Below, piece after piece: positions 1 to 39,855 of a DNA stretch of 64,000 nt (positions within the stretch are counted from its first letter, which is position 1; each line of letters starts with the position of its first letter). Under the pieces are notes generated by a model. The model made no database searches. It worked only from the letters and a program-made list of their open reading frames with translations, and was not told where the DNA came from. A program made the position numbers and the translations under genes. Source of the stretch: Octopus sinensis (lineage: Eukaryota); NCBI RefSeq assembly GCF_006345805.1, contig NC_043026.1, positions 3,596,001 through 3,660,000 of the forward strand. Direction: 5' to 3'.

Positions 1-1560
1 CTAAGCTGCTTTTCCAGAAAGCCATCTCTCCATGTCGCATAAACCGCACCTTCCGCTGCCGTTAGTATAGGGCTTACATCTGGCCAAAAACTTCCATTGT
101 ATGTTATAATCGACACCTTTATCTCTTAAAGACCAAATATGATTGGATAATTGTGTCGCTTTTCTTTTGTTCCAGTGCCTAAAGCTCAAAGTGTGGTTAT
201 TGAACCTGGCCTTGAAATTACCCTCTGTCAGGCCCACGTATTTCTTCGTCGAAACGGTGGGTCTTTAGTGGTTATAGAGTTTACGGTAGCTTCATATATG
301 ATGGTCTTGGACAGCAAGCTCCATTTAGCGGGCACAATTCTTTATTCCTGCATGAACAGCTGTTTTCTTCTTGTGTTTTTTGTATGTTATGATTGATTAT
401 GTTTTTAAAATTGGTAGTTGAACTAAAACTAATTTTTAAATGTGTCTATTGAAGAGTTTCCTATAAGCATGGTTAACTGGAAAATGTCTATCTATCAGTG
501 CTAGGAAATATTTACCTATATTGAAGGCCACCTCGGGTGAGTAAGGGGCGTAAACCAGATGACCTTCCTATTTCTATTATTCCTTTACCTTATTGTTGGG
601 CTGGTGATAGGTGTATATTTTATTTTTTCGCTAAAACCACTATCTTTTAAAGCTTTATTTAAACTGGGGAACGCTATTGAAGATGTCCTCATTAGATGAG
701 AGACTAGAAATCCTCTTACTAATATTTTTAACTAAATTTTTGAATACTATAGGGGGATGGCATGAACCTACATAAAATAACTTAGTCTATCATTGGCTTC
801 CTATAAGGCTTATAAATATTATTATTAGATCTAAGGAAACGTCTAAGAATTGACCAACCGTCAGGTTAGTGTCTATAGTTTATACTAAGTCCGAAGTGTT
901 TCATTAACTGGATAATATCCTTCCTAAAACGATCTTGTGCTGGTCCATTTGTATTAGCTGTTATATATAGGTAAATATTTCCTAGCACTGATAGATAGAC
1001 ATTTTCCAGTTAACCCTGCTTATAGGAAACTCTTCAATAGACACAATTTAAAAATTAGTTTTAGTTCAACTACCAATTTTAAAAACATAATCAATCATAA
1101 CATACAAAAAACACAAGAAGAAACAGCTGTTCATGCAGAATAAAGAATTGTCCCGCTAAATGGAGCTTGCATGTCCAAGACCATCATATATGAAGCTACC
1201 GTAAACTCTATAACCACTAAAGACACCGTTTCGACGAGAAATACGTGGGCCTGACAGAGGTAATTTCAAGGCCAGGTTCAATAACCACACTTTGAGCTTT
1301 AGGCACTGGAACAAAAGAAAAGCGACACAATTATCCAATCATATTTGGTCTTAAGAGATAAAGGTGTCGATTATAACATACAATGGAAGTTTTTGGCCAG
1401 ATGTAAGCCCTATACTAACGGCAGCGGAAGGTGCGGTTTATGCGACATGGAGAGATGGCTTATCTGGAAAAGCGCTTAGACCCTACACATGTCTAAATAC
1501 AAGGACAGAGCTTTTCGGATCATGCCACATGTGACTAAATTTCTGTTACGTTTTTGGTCC
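1..1560. mobile_element. Penelope-like element (PLE) relic with inverted 3' duplication
   Basis: Minus arm 1-960 carries the RT C-terminus (FLDVSLDLNNNIYKPYRKP, IWFTPPYS) and GIY-YIG remnant (GLTEGNFKARFNNH..CKPYTNGSGRCGLC); plus arm 966-1480 mirrors 1-520; frameshifts present. Confidence 0.88.
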
Positions 1561-1844
1561 CCTAAAGAAAACGGATAGAACATGCTTTCTGTGTTATGTC
1601 CCAAGAGATTTTATATATTTTTATATATTTTTATGTATTTTTATATAATTTTTATGACGAAAAATGCGAGCGATGTATAAGTACGCAGGCAAAGCAGAGT
1701 TATAACAGAGTAATTTCCCTTCATTTTTAACGGTATTTTTCATAACGTTTTCAAATAGCCAGATAACCGAAGAGATGGTGTTGTGGATTTCCACTTCGGC
1801 ATCTGAAACTCAGAGTTTTATCTTGACTACCGAGTAATGTAACA

Positions 1845-1851
1845 TATGTAT

Positions 1852-1905
<54 letters not shown>

Positions 1906-2251
1906 ATATGTTTGTGTGTCTGTGTTTGTCCCCCCAAACAACATACATTACATACATACATATACATGTATGATGTATGTATGTATGTATGTATGTATGT
2001 ATGTATGTATGTATGTATGCATGCATGCATGTATGTATGTATGCATGCATGCATGCATGCATGTATGTATGTATGTATGTATGTATGTATGTACGTACGC
2101 ATGTATGTATGTATGTGTGTATGTATGTATGTGTGTGTGTATGTATGTACGTACGTATGTATGTATGTATGTATGTATGTATGTATGTATGTATGTATGT
2201 ATGCATGCATGTATGTATGTATGTATGTATGTATATATCTATGTATGAATG

Positions 2252-2285
<34 letters not shown>

Positions 2286-2310
2286 TGTATGTATGTATGT
2301 ATATATGTAT
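1845..2310. repeat. (TA)n/(TATG)n microsatellite
   Basis: Direct inspection. Confidence 0.95.
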
Positions 2311-2379
2311 GATAAAGAAATAAAAGTTTAGTACTTAACTCTTATTTCTCGCCGTATTCTTTGAAGCAGTCGTGGGTGA

Positions 2380-2620
2380 ACTTGTGGAATTATGAGGCGC
2401 TTATTTGCCTTCCTGCTTACTAAGACTTTGGTTTTTGCTAGGTTAACTCTAAGGCGCTTCGAATCAAGACCTTGCTTCCATACCTGGGACTTCTCTAGTT
2501 CTGATTGTGATTCTGGAAGCATAGAGGAGCTTCCAGGGAAAGCCTGTCTTAAATTCCTCTGTTACTACTTGAGGACTATGATGAACAGGGGGGGGGGCTG
2601 AGGACCCTCTTGATGAACCT
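2380..2620 (-). mobile_element. RTE-like LINE reverse transcriptase fragment
   Basis: ELEKSQVWKQGLDSKRLRVNLAKTKVLVSRKAN resembles the RT region downstream of the YADD motif. Confidence 0.65.
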
Positions 2621-2659
2621 CTATACTTTTATACATATGTGTATGTATGTGCAGGATAG

Positions 2660-3670
2660 TGGATGGAAGCACTCCGTCGGTTACGACGACGAGGGTTCCG
2701 GTTGATCCGAATCAACGGAACAGCCTGCTCGTGAAATTAACGTGCAAGTGGCTGAGCACTCCACAGACACGTGCACCCTTAACGTAGTTCTCGGGGGATA
2801 TTCAGCGTGACACAGAGAGTGACAAGGCCGGCCCTTTGAAATGACAGGTACAACAGAAACAGGAAGTAAGAGTGAGAGAAAGTTGTGGTGAAAGAGTACA
2901 GCAGGGATCACCACCATCCCCTGCCGGAGCCTCGGATGGAAGCACTCAGTCGGTTACGACGAAGAGGGTTCCGGTTGATCCGAATCAACGGAACAGCCTG
3001 CTCCTGAAATTAACGTGTAAGTGGCCGAGCACTCCACAGACACGTGCACCCTTAACGTAGTTCTCGGGGATATTCAGCGTGACACAGAGAGTGACAAGGC
3101 CGGCCCCTTGAAATACAGGTACAACAGAAACAGGAAGTAAGAGTGAGCGAGAAAGTTGTGGTGAAAGAGTACAGCAGGGATCACCACCATCCCCTGCCGG
3201 AGCCTCGTGGAGCTTTTAGGTGTTTCCGCTCAATAAACACTCACAACGCCCGGTCTGGGAATCGAAACCGCGAGTCCGCTGCCCTGGAAGCACTCCATCG
3301 ATTACGACGACGAGGGTTCCGGTTGATCCGAATCAACGGAACAGCCTGCTCGTGAAATTAAAGTGTAAGTGGCTGAGCACTCCACAGACACGTGTACCCT
3401 TAACGTAGTTCTCGGGGATATTCAGCGTGACACAGAGAGTGACAAGGCCGGCCCTTTGAAATACAGGTACAACAGAAACAGGAAGTAAGAGTGAGAGAAA
3501 GTTGTGGTGAAAGAGTACAGCAGGGATCGCCACCATCCCCTGCCGGAGCCTCGTGGAGCTTTTAGGTGTTTTCGCTCAATAAACACTCACAACGCCCGGT
3601 CTGGGAATCGAAACCGCGATCCTGTGACCGCGAGTCCGCTGCCCCAACCATTGGGCCATTGCGCCTCCAC
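2660..3670 (-). mobile_element. tRNA-derived SINE family A, three partial tandem units
   Basis: Head gtggaggcgcaatggcccagtggtt...ggtttcgattccc (A/B box-like); further copies near 5424-5740(+), 7180-7545(-), 16452-16832(-), 19866-20485(-), 23310-23700(+), 48175-48540(+), 50565-50950(-), 56988-57180(+). Confidence 0.85.
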
Positions 3671-3848
3671 TGTACAGGACAGTACATGCCATGCCAAACA
3701 AGCTTGTCCAACGTCTGTCCAATTGAAGTATGAAACTTATAATAGCTCATATTTAAATCTAGTTTTTATGAAATAATATTTACCTCTTGTCAGATGGGTT
3801 ATGTTTTCCATTGATTCTATCAATAATGAAACAATACACTATGTATAA

Positions 3849-4163
3849 GTGGAGGCACATGGCCTAGTGGATAGAGCAGTGGATAGACTAGCGGTTGAGG
3901 GATCGCGGGGTTCGAATCTCAGACCGGGCAATGTGTGTGCTTATGAGCGAAACACCTAAGCTCCACGTGCCTCCAGCGGAAGGTAATGGCAAACTTCAGC
4001 CGACTCTTCCGCCACAACTTTCTCTCACTCTTTCCTCTTGCATCTTGCAGCTCACCTGCGACGGATCGGCGTCCCGTCCAGGTGGGGAACCTATCCGCCA
4101 AGGAAACCGGGAAACCGGCCCTGATGAGCCAGGCGTGGCTCGAGAAAGAACAAACAACAACAT
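3849..4163 (+). mobile_element. tRNA-derived SINE family C
   Basis: Head gtggaggcacatggcctagtgg, B-box-like ggttcgaatc, tail gaacaaacaacaaca; inverted copy at 16924-17240 has a 9-bp TSD. Confidence 0.8.
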
Positions 4164-4175
4164 TATGGGCAATCA

Positions 4176-4573
4176 TTCGTCTCTAGTAGACCTTTCCGTC
4201 GATTTCCGTAAAATTTTTTTTTTTTGCATATGGGCTTGCGGGAACTTTTGAAGTAATGAGAGCGAAAGAGACTAAGAGAAAGCGATTGTATGACTAGGGA
4301 AGTTCTTTTGAAGTTACCGTCCAGGGGAAGCATTGATGTACATGTGTGTGTGTGTTTGATGTGGTGTGGGAGACAGACAGGGGGTTGTGTAAGTGAAGTG
4401 CTTCTGTTAGTATGTGTGAAGAGACAGAGTAATGTGTGAAAGAAAGAGATAACTGAAATTTTTTACTCGGTGTATGTGTATATGTATGTATATTACTTCA
4501 AAAGTTCCCGCAAGCCCATATGTAAAAAAAAAAATTTCTACGGAAATCGACGGAAAGGTCTACTAGAGACGAA
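4176..4573. mobile_element. MITE-like element with ~80-bp terminal inverted repeats
   Basis: ttcgtctctagtagacctttccgtcgatttccgta...gaagtaat is mirrored at 4494-4573. Confidence 0.75.
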
Positions 4574-4593
4574 AGATCGCCACATTATGTATA

Positions 4594-4663
<70 letters not shown>

Positions 4664-4698
4664 GTGTAGATGTGTCTATATGTATAATCTCTACTTAC

Positions 4699-31184
<26,486 letters not shown>

Positions 31185-31393
31185 GTTTTGATCTCGTTCG
31201 TGATTCTAGGGTGAATGGCAATATTGAAGTTGCAAAAGATAGATATATATATATATAAATGTGCATGTCTATATGTGCATATATATACATGTAGGTTCGT
31301 GTGTGTGAGTGTGAGCTGTGCGTTGCATGCATGTCGGTCTGTGTATGTGTGTGTATGTCTGTGTGTACCAGTATGTCTGTGTATACCAGTATG

Positions 31394-31429
<36 letters not shown>

Positions 31430-31544
31430 ATATGTATTTATCTATATGTATGTATTTATATATGTTAAAAGGGCACTGACATCTATAGTGCAAGCATGCT
31501 CGCCCACCCCTGTAACAACTCATCTGCAACAAAGAGAACAATCC

Positions 31545-31925
31545 CCTGTGTGTGTGGGGCGGTGTATATATATGGGGGTGTATATGTGGGGGGTGTATAT
31601 GTGTTGGGGTGTGTATATATGTGTGCGTGTATATGTGGGGGGTGTATATGTGGGGGTGTATATGTGGGGGGTATATATGTGTGTCGGGTGTATATATGTG
31701 GGGATATATATGTGTGGGGGTGTATATGTGTGGGGTGTGTATATATGTAGGGGTGTATATGTGGGGGGTGTATATGTGTTGGGGTGTATATGTGTGGGGT
31801 GTGTATATATGTGGGGGGTGTATATGTGTTAGGGGTGTATATGTGTTGGGGTATATATGTGTGTCGGGTGTATATGTGGGGATGTATATATGTGGGGGTG
31901 TATATTGTGTGTGTGGGAGGGGTGT
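31545..31925. repeat. G/T-rich degenerate minisatellite (gggtgtatatgtg-like)
   Basis: Direct inspection. Confidence 0.85.
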
Positions 31926-32173
31926 TTAGATGCATGTGTTTGTGTATTTGCATATGTATATATATTATGAATATATTGTGAATGATTTGTATATGCACTC
32001 ACACACACGTACACACACATACAGAGCACACGTACAGACAGAACAAAGACATACAATAAATATGCTAATTCTTTATTTCAAAACCAATGTCACACATCTG
32101 TTGGGGTACGTATACCAGCCCTTTGTATGTGTGTATGTATATATGTATGTATCTTTCTCTGTCTCGATATATT

Positions 32174-32204
<31 letters not shown>

Positions 32205-32207
<3 letters not shown>

Positions 32208-32425
32208 AGGTATGTTCAAAAAGTATTGGAATTTATTTTTTCCGTTCAAAACTAATGATGCAGAACAGTCAGGAAGTGACGTGGCCTACTGGCGCAAAAA
32301 TTTTCATGCATGTGCGGAAGGGTGGTATCACCCCACCCCACCCCGACACTCAAAAGATTTTGGCAACAAACCATTAGTTTTGTTGGGAACAAATAAAATC
32401 TGATACTTTTCGAATGCACCTCATA
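32205..32425. mobile_element. mariner-type MITE (~215 bp)
   Basis: TIR-like ends gaggtatgttcaaaaagtatt / gatacttttcgaatgcacctc inside a TA/CA tract. Confidence 0.6.
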
Positions 32426-32571
32426 TGTGTGTGTATATATATATATATATGCACACACACATATATATATATATACACATACATTATATGTATATAAAAA
32501 TATATGCATTATATATATGTATATATATGTATGTGTATGTATGTATGTATATATATATATATATATGGTGT

Positions 32572-32615
<44 letters not shown>

Positions 32616-33062
32616 TAAAAACGGTAAGATAACAAAAGAAGAAAGAGACCTTAATATTATTAAATAGAGGAAATTTACGGTGCGCGCGTTTGTGTATGAG
32701 TTTGTATATATATGCATATACATTTGGCGAAAAATGCGAGTGAAGATGTGTACGCTTTCATAGTGATGTATACATACGCATGTGGGTGTACGAGCGCACA
32801 TGTATGCGTATGAGCAGGCATTCTTACGTGTTTACTATGAACTTTTAACCTTATTTTAATTAGCGGTCATTAAATTAGCGCTTTTATAGAAGTAGCGGAC
32901 TTATAACACAGTAATTTTCCTTTGTATAACGGTCTTTTTTCAAAGCGTTTTTCAGATGGCCAGATAACCGAAGAGATGGTGGTGTGGATTTCCACCTCGG
33001 CATCCGAAACTCAGAGTTTTATCTTGGCTACCGAAGAATATCACATATTATTTTACAGATAT

Positions 33063-33107
<45 letters not shown>

Positions 33108-33767
33108 CATATATATATATATATATATAATATATATATGTATGTATGTATATATATATGTGTATGTATGTATATATAACTACAATAACTGCATATAATA
33201 ATATCATAGTGATTTTTATTCTCCGATTTTGATGCGACAATTTTTAAATATAAACAAATGATTGAAAAATGATGAGCAGAATCGAACCCACAAATCAATG
33301 CTTTCATGGCTCCTTGCCAATCTGATTGGCCAAACGCTCACCCTTCAATTTCAGTCAAATTTAGTTAACATATACTTAACTGTCTTAATACTACATAAAT
33401 AATATTTTTTATAAACAAACACATCAATACATAAATCTGAAGTATTATAGCTTAGTGGTTAGGATGTTGCACTCATGATTGACAGGTCATGGTTTCAATT
33501 CCTAGACCAGTGGTGCATTGTGTTCTTAAGTAAACGAATTTTATTTCACATTGCTCCAGTTCACTCGGCTATACACACACACACACACATATATATGCAT
33601 GCATAGGCTTTCCAGTCACCTGGTTCCGGGTTCAATCTCACTGCATGGAACCTTGGGCAAGTGTTTTCTACGATAGCCTCCGGCAGATCAAAAGCCTTAT
33701 GAGTAGATTTGGTAGACGGAAAACTGAAAGAAACCCGTCGTATATATACATACATATATATATATAT

Positions 33768-33805
<38 letters not shown>

Positions 33806-33811
33806 TAGGTG

Positions 33812-34032
33812 AAAATTATTCGGTAGCCATAATAAAACTCCGAGTTCGGATGTCGGAGCGCAACCCACGCCGCCATTTCTTCAGTTATCTGGACATCGAA
33901 AAAAGTGCTATGAAAATAACCGTTAAACAAAACGGTGATTTTCATAGCACTTTTCGATGGTCCGATAACTGAAGTGATGGCGACGTGCAACATCCGAAAC
34001 TCGGAGTTTTATCATGGCTACCGAATAATTGT
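33812..34032. repeat. Palindromic element with a degenerate hammerhead-like fold in each arm
   Basis: Arms mirror about ~33927; single-arm copies at 1690-1840 and 32895-33050. Confidence 0.75.
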
Positions 34033-34175
34033 CACATATTTGTGCCTTACAGAGTAGGGTCTTTCTTTGTCTGTTTACAGATAAATTCCTCTATTTGCCA
34101 ATATCGAGGTCTCTTTCATTCTTTTGTTGTCTTACAATTTCTATCAATATATATACATACATATATAAATATATT

Positions 34176-34217
<42 letters not shown>

Positions 34218-34292
34218 ACCATATATATGCATATATATATTATATATATAGATATTATATTTATATATATATATATGTATATTATATGTATC

Positions 34293-34323
<31 letters not shown>

Positions 34324-36479
34324 TATATAAGATATATATATATATATTATGTATATATATATATATATGCATATATATATATATATATATATAGGGAGAG
34401 AAAGAAGCTGGCGACAGGTGGACAGATAGATAGACAAACAAAGATATATGTTATTCTTTTGTACAACGAAGCCTTTATATTAAGCAATTGTATATGTGTA
34501 TGTGCATATGGCATGCCCGCGCACATGCACACATAAACACTCACACACACTTTTGCACACTGACACGTATTTACATATGCACAAAGCCCGTATTAACATC
34601 TGTTTCATGTCTTTAGAAAGCCGTCCTATACAATTTGTAAAGAACCTGAAAAGGTTTTTTTCCCAACAAGGCAGGAATGTCAGTTTGTTTTGTATTTAAA
34701 CTCCCAGTGGTTATTCATATCTTTGTTACTTTTTGCCTTACAAAATAGGGTCTTTCTTTGTCTCTTTTCTTCCAGTGTGCAGTATGATTGCATAAGTATA
34801 TTGTACGTGGCAAGGTATATATATATATATGTATGTTTTTGTATGTATTTGCTCTGGTGTGTGTGTGTGTGTGTGTGTGTTGCCGTCTTTATCTGTGCAT
34901 TCATTTGTGTTGTTGGTTTCAAATTCTTTTTATCATGTCAGCATAGCTTTAGACTGAAAGTTTTGAGGCAGAATTTTGTGACTGGATGCTCTCCTGATGC
35001 CAACCCTAATTTCTCAGCTGATTTCCTCAAATGGTTACAAAGCATGGAGTATAAATATTGATGCATATTCATACCTACCATACACATGCATAGATATGTA
35101 TAGAAATATAATATTATATGATAAATATATATATATATATATAAACTAAGTTGTACTGTCTATTGTCGTAAGACACCCGTTGTTTTTGTCCTGTTATTAC
35201 TATTATTGTTTTTTGTATTTATATTCGTGTGGCATCGTCCGTTTTTCTGTCCTTGTTTCGTATACATTCGATCCTTTTTCCAAGAAATCTAATGCTCGTA
35301 GCTTAGTTTTTCCTTTTGGCTGGCCGGATCGGAGCGATCTCAAGATTAATCAGCCGAAATTGCGAGGATGATCCGGTTCTTGACTGAAGATTGAAGGCTT
35401 CGAATGTCTCGTCCGTGTTTTTTGTATCGTCTTCTAAATGTTTTGCGTTCTTGTCCCAGTTTGTATTTTTCTACAAATAATATATATATATATATACATA
35501 ATCAAAATAAGAACCAAGGATATCCAGAGGTAATGCAGTACGATCGTTTTATGCGACTCCATTTAATTGAACAATGCAAACATTACATCAATTTAAAATG
35601 AAGACCAATCTTCAGCTGCACAGAAAACATAGAATTTAATTAAATTCGAAGGACTCATTAGTATAATTTTATCCAAAATCTCCAAGGACTCCAAGGACTC
35701 ATTAGTATAAATTTATCCAAAATCTCTAACTACGATGCTGTTAGTAAAACATGTTCTTTGTCTATCTCCTTATCCTCTTGGAGGTTTTGGATAAAATTAT
35801 ACTAATGTGCCCTTCGAATTTAATTAAATTCTGTTTTTTGTGCTGCTGAAGATTGCTCAACATTCCCTCTCTCTCTCACTCTTCCTCCTTGTCTCGCTCG
35901 TGGCTGACACGTGACGAAAGAGAATCTATCTTTCTGTCTATTTTCTTCCTAAAGACAAGATGTGCTTATACCTGTTTCCTCTCATAGCTCGTCCTCCTAG
36001 CGTTCATAATAATTTTTCTATCGTCTTGGCTTAACAGCCCGCACCGTTTGTTTTTACTGTCTTGTTCTCACTGTCCTGTTCTTGTTACCGCTCTCACCCT
36101 TCGTAAAAAAATCCCAAATTTTATTTAATTTGCTTTGTGGGAAGGACTGTTTCAATGAAGTCGCGTCTTGTCCTTACCTTCGAAATGCAGAGTAGATGAA
36201 ACAGGGACAACTGATGAAGGGGAATATTCTTTATGTTGCCTGTCTCGTTTCTCTGTTTGTTTTTCGTTGTTCGAAAAAAAGTTCGTTTTCTATGTTTTTG
36301 TTTCTCATTGTGTTCAACGTTTTTTTATGTCCTGTAACCATATTTTTTAAATTTTTTTATATATGCATGTATATAATACATATATATGTAGGTATGTACA
36401 TATATGTATTAATATGCATATATTATATATTATTTATATTATATATGATCGAACGTCACGCATCCTTTTCCGAAGTTAG

Positions 36480-36524
<45 letters not shown>

Positions 36525-36526
<2 letters not shown>

Positions 36527-37100
36527 TAAATTAGAAAAACACCTTTTATCAATTCAATAATGAAATAATTAAATTTTACCATATAGAAAAATTAAATATA
36601 AGATAAAAACGTATACCAATGATTAAGTAATGAACAAAATAATATTTTAAGTATTTTAATTAATTGTATTTTAATTTTCTAGTAATGATATATTATAGTT
36701 TATTATTCTTCTCTTACATAAGTTAAAATTTATTTTCATAGAAATAATAAATATTTATACCTATTTATTCTAGTTTTATTTACAACAGAATATATTTGTT
36801 AAGATATTTTCGGGTTTTACAAGATTATATACGTATATTTATTTATTTATTTATTTTATTGCTTTTATCTTGGACCTGAAGAGTGACTATATTTAAAATG
36901 TACTGATTTTACTGTTATCAGTTTTTAAATATAGCCACGAAACACGTGTAGTCCTTTTATTAATTATATATTTTTATTTATTATTTAGTACATTACTTAA
37001 TCATTGGTATATGTTTTTATCTTATACTTAATTTCTTCTATATGGTATAATTTAATTATTTCATTGTTGAATTGATAAAAGATGGGTTTTTTTTCTAATT
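36525..37100. repeat. AT-rich inverted-repeat element (~140-bp arms) containing the 36872 hammerhead
   Basis: 36525-36665 mirrors 36960-37100; flanked on the left by (TA)n. Confidence 0.8.
36872..36954 (+). ncRNA. Type I hammerhead ribozyme with long stem II
   Basis: Stem I GGAC/GTCC, core CTGAAGA (36876-36882), stem II GTG..CTATATTTAAAA/TTTTAAATATAG..CAC, GAAA, stem III AC-ACGT-GT, predicted cleavage after GUA at 36950. Confidence 0.75.
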
Positions 37101-37178
37101 TATACACACATATTTTGTGAAATTTGATTTAGTATTACTAAATTGAATTTTTCCCTGTAAGTTTGGAATAATATTCTA

Positions 37179-37252
<74 letters not shown>

Positions 37253-38202
37253 TGGATGTATGGTATGGATGGATGGATATATATATATATATGTTTCAAT
37301 ATGTGACCCCGTGAGTACCGCCAGCAATTTTTTTCCTCTGTCTTCCCTTCTCGGGTCTTTCCTTCTCCTATGTTTCCGACGAAGAACTCCGCTCGAAACA
37401 TTCCCTTCTTTCCTGAGCGTCCAATAATACTTTATTTGTTCCACGTCCTCGCGTTGCTGTGTTTTTTTTGTGTTTTCTTGTTTGGATTAACTATATATAT
37501 ATATATATATAGGCTATATCAAATCTCTTAGCGTGATGTAAGCAGTAGCAATTTTGAATCGTAACATATAATTGCCAACTAAGTGTGACGTCCTATACGA
37601 GACAGTGTCGCTGGTGTTTATAGCCCCAGGAAGACATCTCTTCTAGCTAGCTAATGACATACATTCTGTGTCCGATTAGTATTTGCATATATATTACTAT
37701 TCTTTTTTTTTTTGTGTATTTGTTTCTTTTATTCTATCTCATCCTTGTTCTGGATCTTGTATAAGAATGAAGCCGTATCCCTTAATTTACCATTTCTAAA
37801 TACAAAGACCAAGAAAACGCAAAAACAAGTTGTGTGAAACAGAATTTATTTCAATTACATACATACATACATACATGGTGGCTGCCCCCTCGTTATCGAG
37901 TATGGCCATTGCACGAAGCTTAATCAGTGTTGTTATCGTGCAATGCCTGTGCAAGAAGATTTTTTTAAAGTGAGGAAAGGCTGTGCACTGAGTCAATCCC
38001 ACTCACTAAGCAACAGCAGCCATAATCCGAAAAGAAGGACAAGTCAACATCATCGGTAACCACTGAGCCGCAGGTTTTATGTCGGAGTTTACCTGAGTTA
38101 CCTTCTCCTAGAAGGATGCCCTAACAAAGGCTAAGGAGTCCTTCACTCCCATGGTTTAATCATACATACATACATACATACATACATACATACATACATA
38201 CA

Positions 38203-38233
<31 letters not shown>

Positions 38234-38324
38234 CTTATTATACATCAGTCTCCCACATAACTTCTCTGTGTCTGCCTCATCTCTCCATTTCCATCATTCA
38301 CAACTCAAAGACATGAAGACTGTT

Positions 38325-38506
38325 TTAGAAGCCGTTAGCAAAAGTTTTCAAGGCAGCAAACAACTCTACGGAACTTGGTTTAATATTGAGTGGACTCAAG
38401 ATGAATCCATTGCGGGTGTTGTGTTTGGGGCGGAGCTCCATAGCATAGCTGTATTTCGCTTGGTGCTTCAGCTTCACCCAGTCGTATACTCCACCACCAG
38501 CTACAT
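38325..38506 (-). CDS. Paralog 1 terminal coding exon with E270 (MELR) and stop
   Basis: (Y)[59 protein letters not shown]; ttaaccag acceptor. Confidence 0.95.
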
Positions 38507-39791
38507 CTGGTTAAAGAAAAAAAAAACAAGAAGGATAATGAAAAAGAATGAAGAAGAAGTAATGAGGGAGAAGCTCAGGGGCAGTATGGTTTAGCCTGGT
38601 CTAGTATTTGACTGGCTCTCATCCGCGCCTAGTAGCCCGATCTCCTTATTTCTTTATTGCCCACAAGGGGCTAAACATAGAGGGGACAAACAAGGACAGA
38701 CAAACGGATTAAGTCGATTACATCGACCCCAGTGCGTAACTTGTATTTATTTGATCGACCCCGAAAGGATGAAAAGAAAAGTCGACCTCGGTGGAATTTG
38801 AACTCAGAACGTAACAGCAGACGAAATACCAATTTCTTTACTACCCACGAGGGGCTGAACACAGAGAGGACAAACAAGGACAGACAAACGGATTAAGTCG
38901 ATTACATCGACCCCAGTGCGTAACTGGTACTTATTTAATCGACCCCGAAAGGATAAAAGGCAAAGTCGACCTCAGCGGAATTTGAACTCAGAACGTAACC
39001 ACAGACGAAATACCTATTTATTTACTACCCACAAGGGGCTGAACACAGAGAGGACAAACAAAGACAGACAAACGGATTAAGTCGATTATATCGACTCCAG
39101 TGCGTAACTGGTACTTATTTGATCGACCCCGAAAGGATGAAAGGCAAAGTCGACCTCGGCGGAATTTGAACTCAGAACGTAACGGCAGACGAAATACGGC
39201 TAAGCATTTCGCCCGGCGTGCTAACGATTCTGCCAGCTCGCCGCCTTAATATACCAATCTGCTGCAAGGTGTACCCATTTACAGCTGAGTAGACTGGAGT
39301 AATATGAAATGAAGAATTTTGCTCAAGAACGCAGCTAGTCTGGGAATAGAAACCACGCTCCCGTGATCGTGAGTGCAAAACCGTAACCGCTAGGCCAATC
39401 ATGTTCATGGAAGTTACGAGGTGAATATAAGGGAGAAACAGGGATTGAGGACCATAAAGGGCAGGTTGGTAGGGAAGCTTGCAGGAGTGGGAAAGCAGAC
39501 TGATGGATGGTTAGGGATGGGAACAGATGTGAACACAGGGAAGGGGACACTCAAGCGAAGGCGTGGACAGTGATGAATATCAGTTTGGTCGGGAGTGAAG
39601 GAAATAGTTGAGCATTTATGGAGATATGTCCAAAAGCATGTACTCACATAATAACTCGGGTGGTGTGCCAACAGTGAAATAGGAACCGGTTGCTTGAGTT
39701 ATTGCTCTTGCTGCCTTATATGCAAGTTTGGTCTGAAGAGAAGCAAACAAATTTGAACATGTATGTAATATACATATGCACGTGTGCATAC

Positions 39792-39855
<64 letters not shown>

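Noticed and set aside
1751-2331. Long ORFs such as MHTYIHTY../MYVCMYVC.. here and at 8540, 13163, 24066-25648, 28352, 31215
   Set aside because: Translations of simple repeats lacking stop codons; no domain signal
37845-37850. AATAAA on the minus strand as the paralog 1 poly(A) signal
   Set aside because: The hexamer is frequent in this AT-rich DNA; no transcript evidence to choose among candidates
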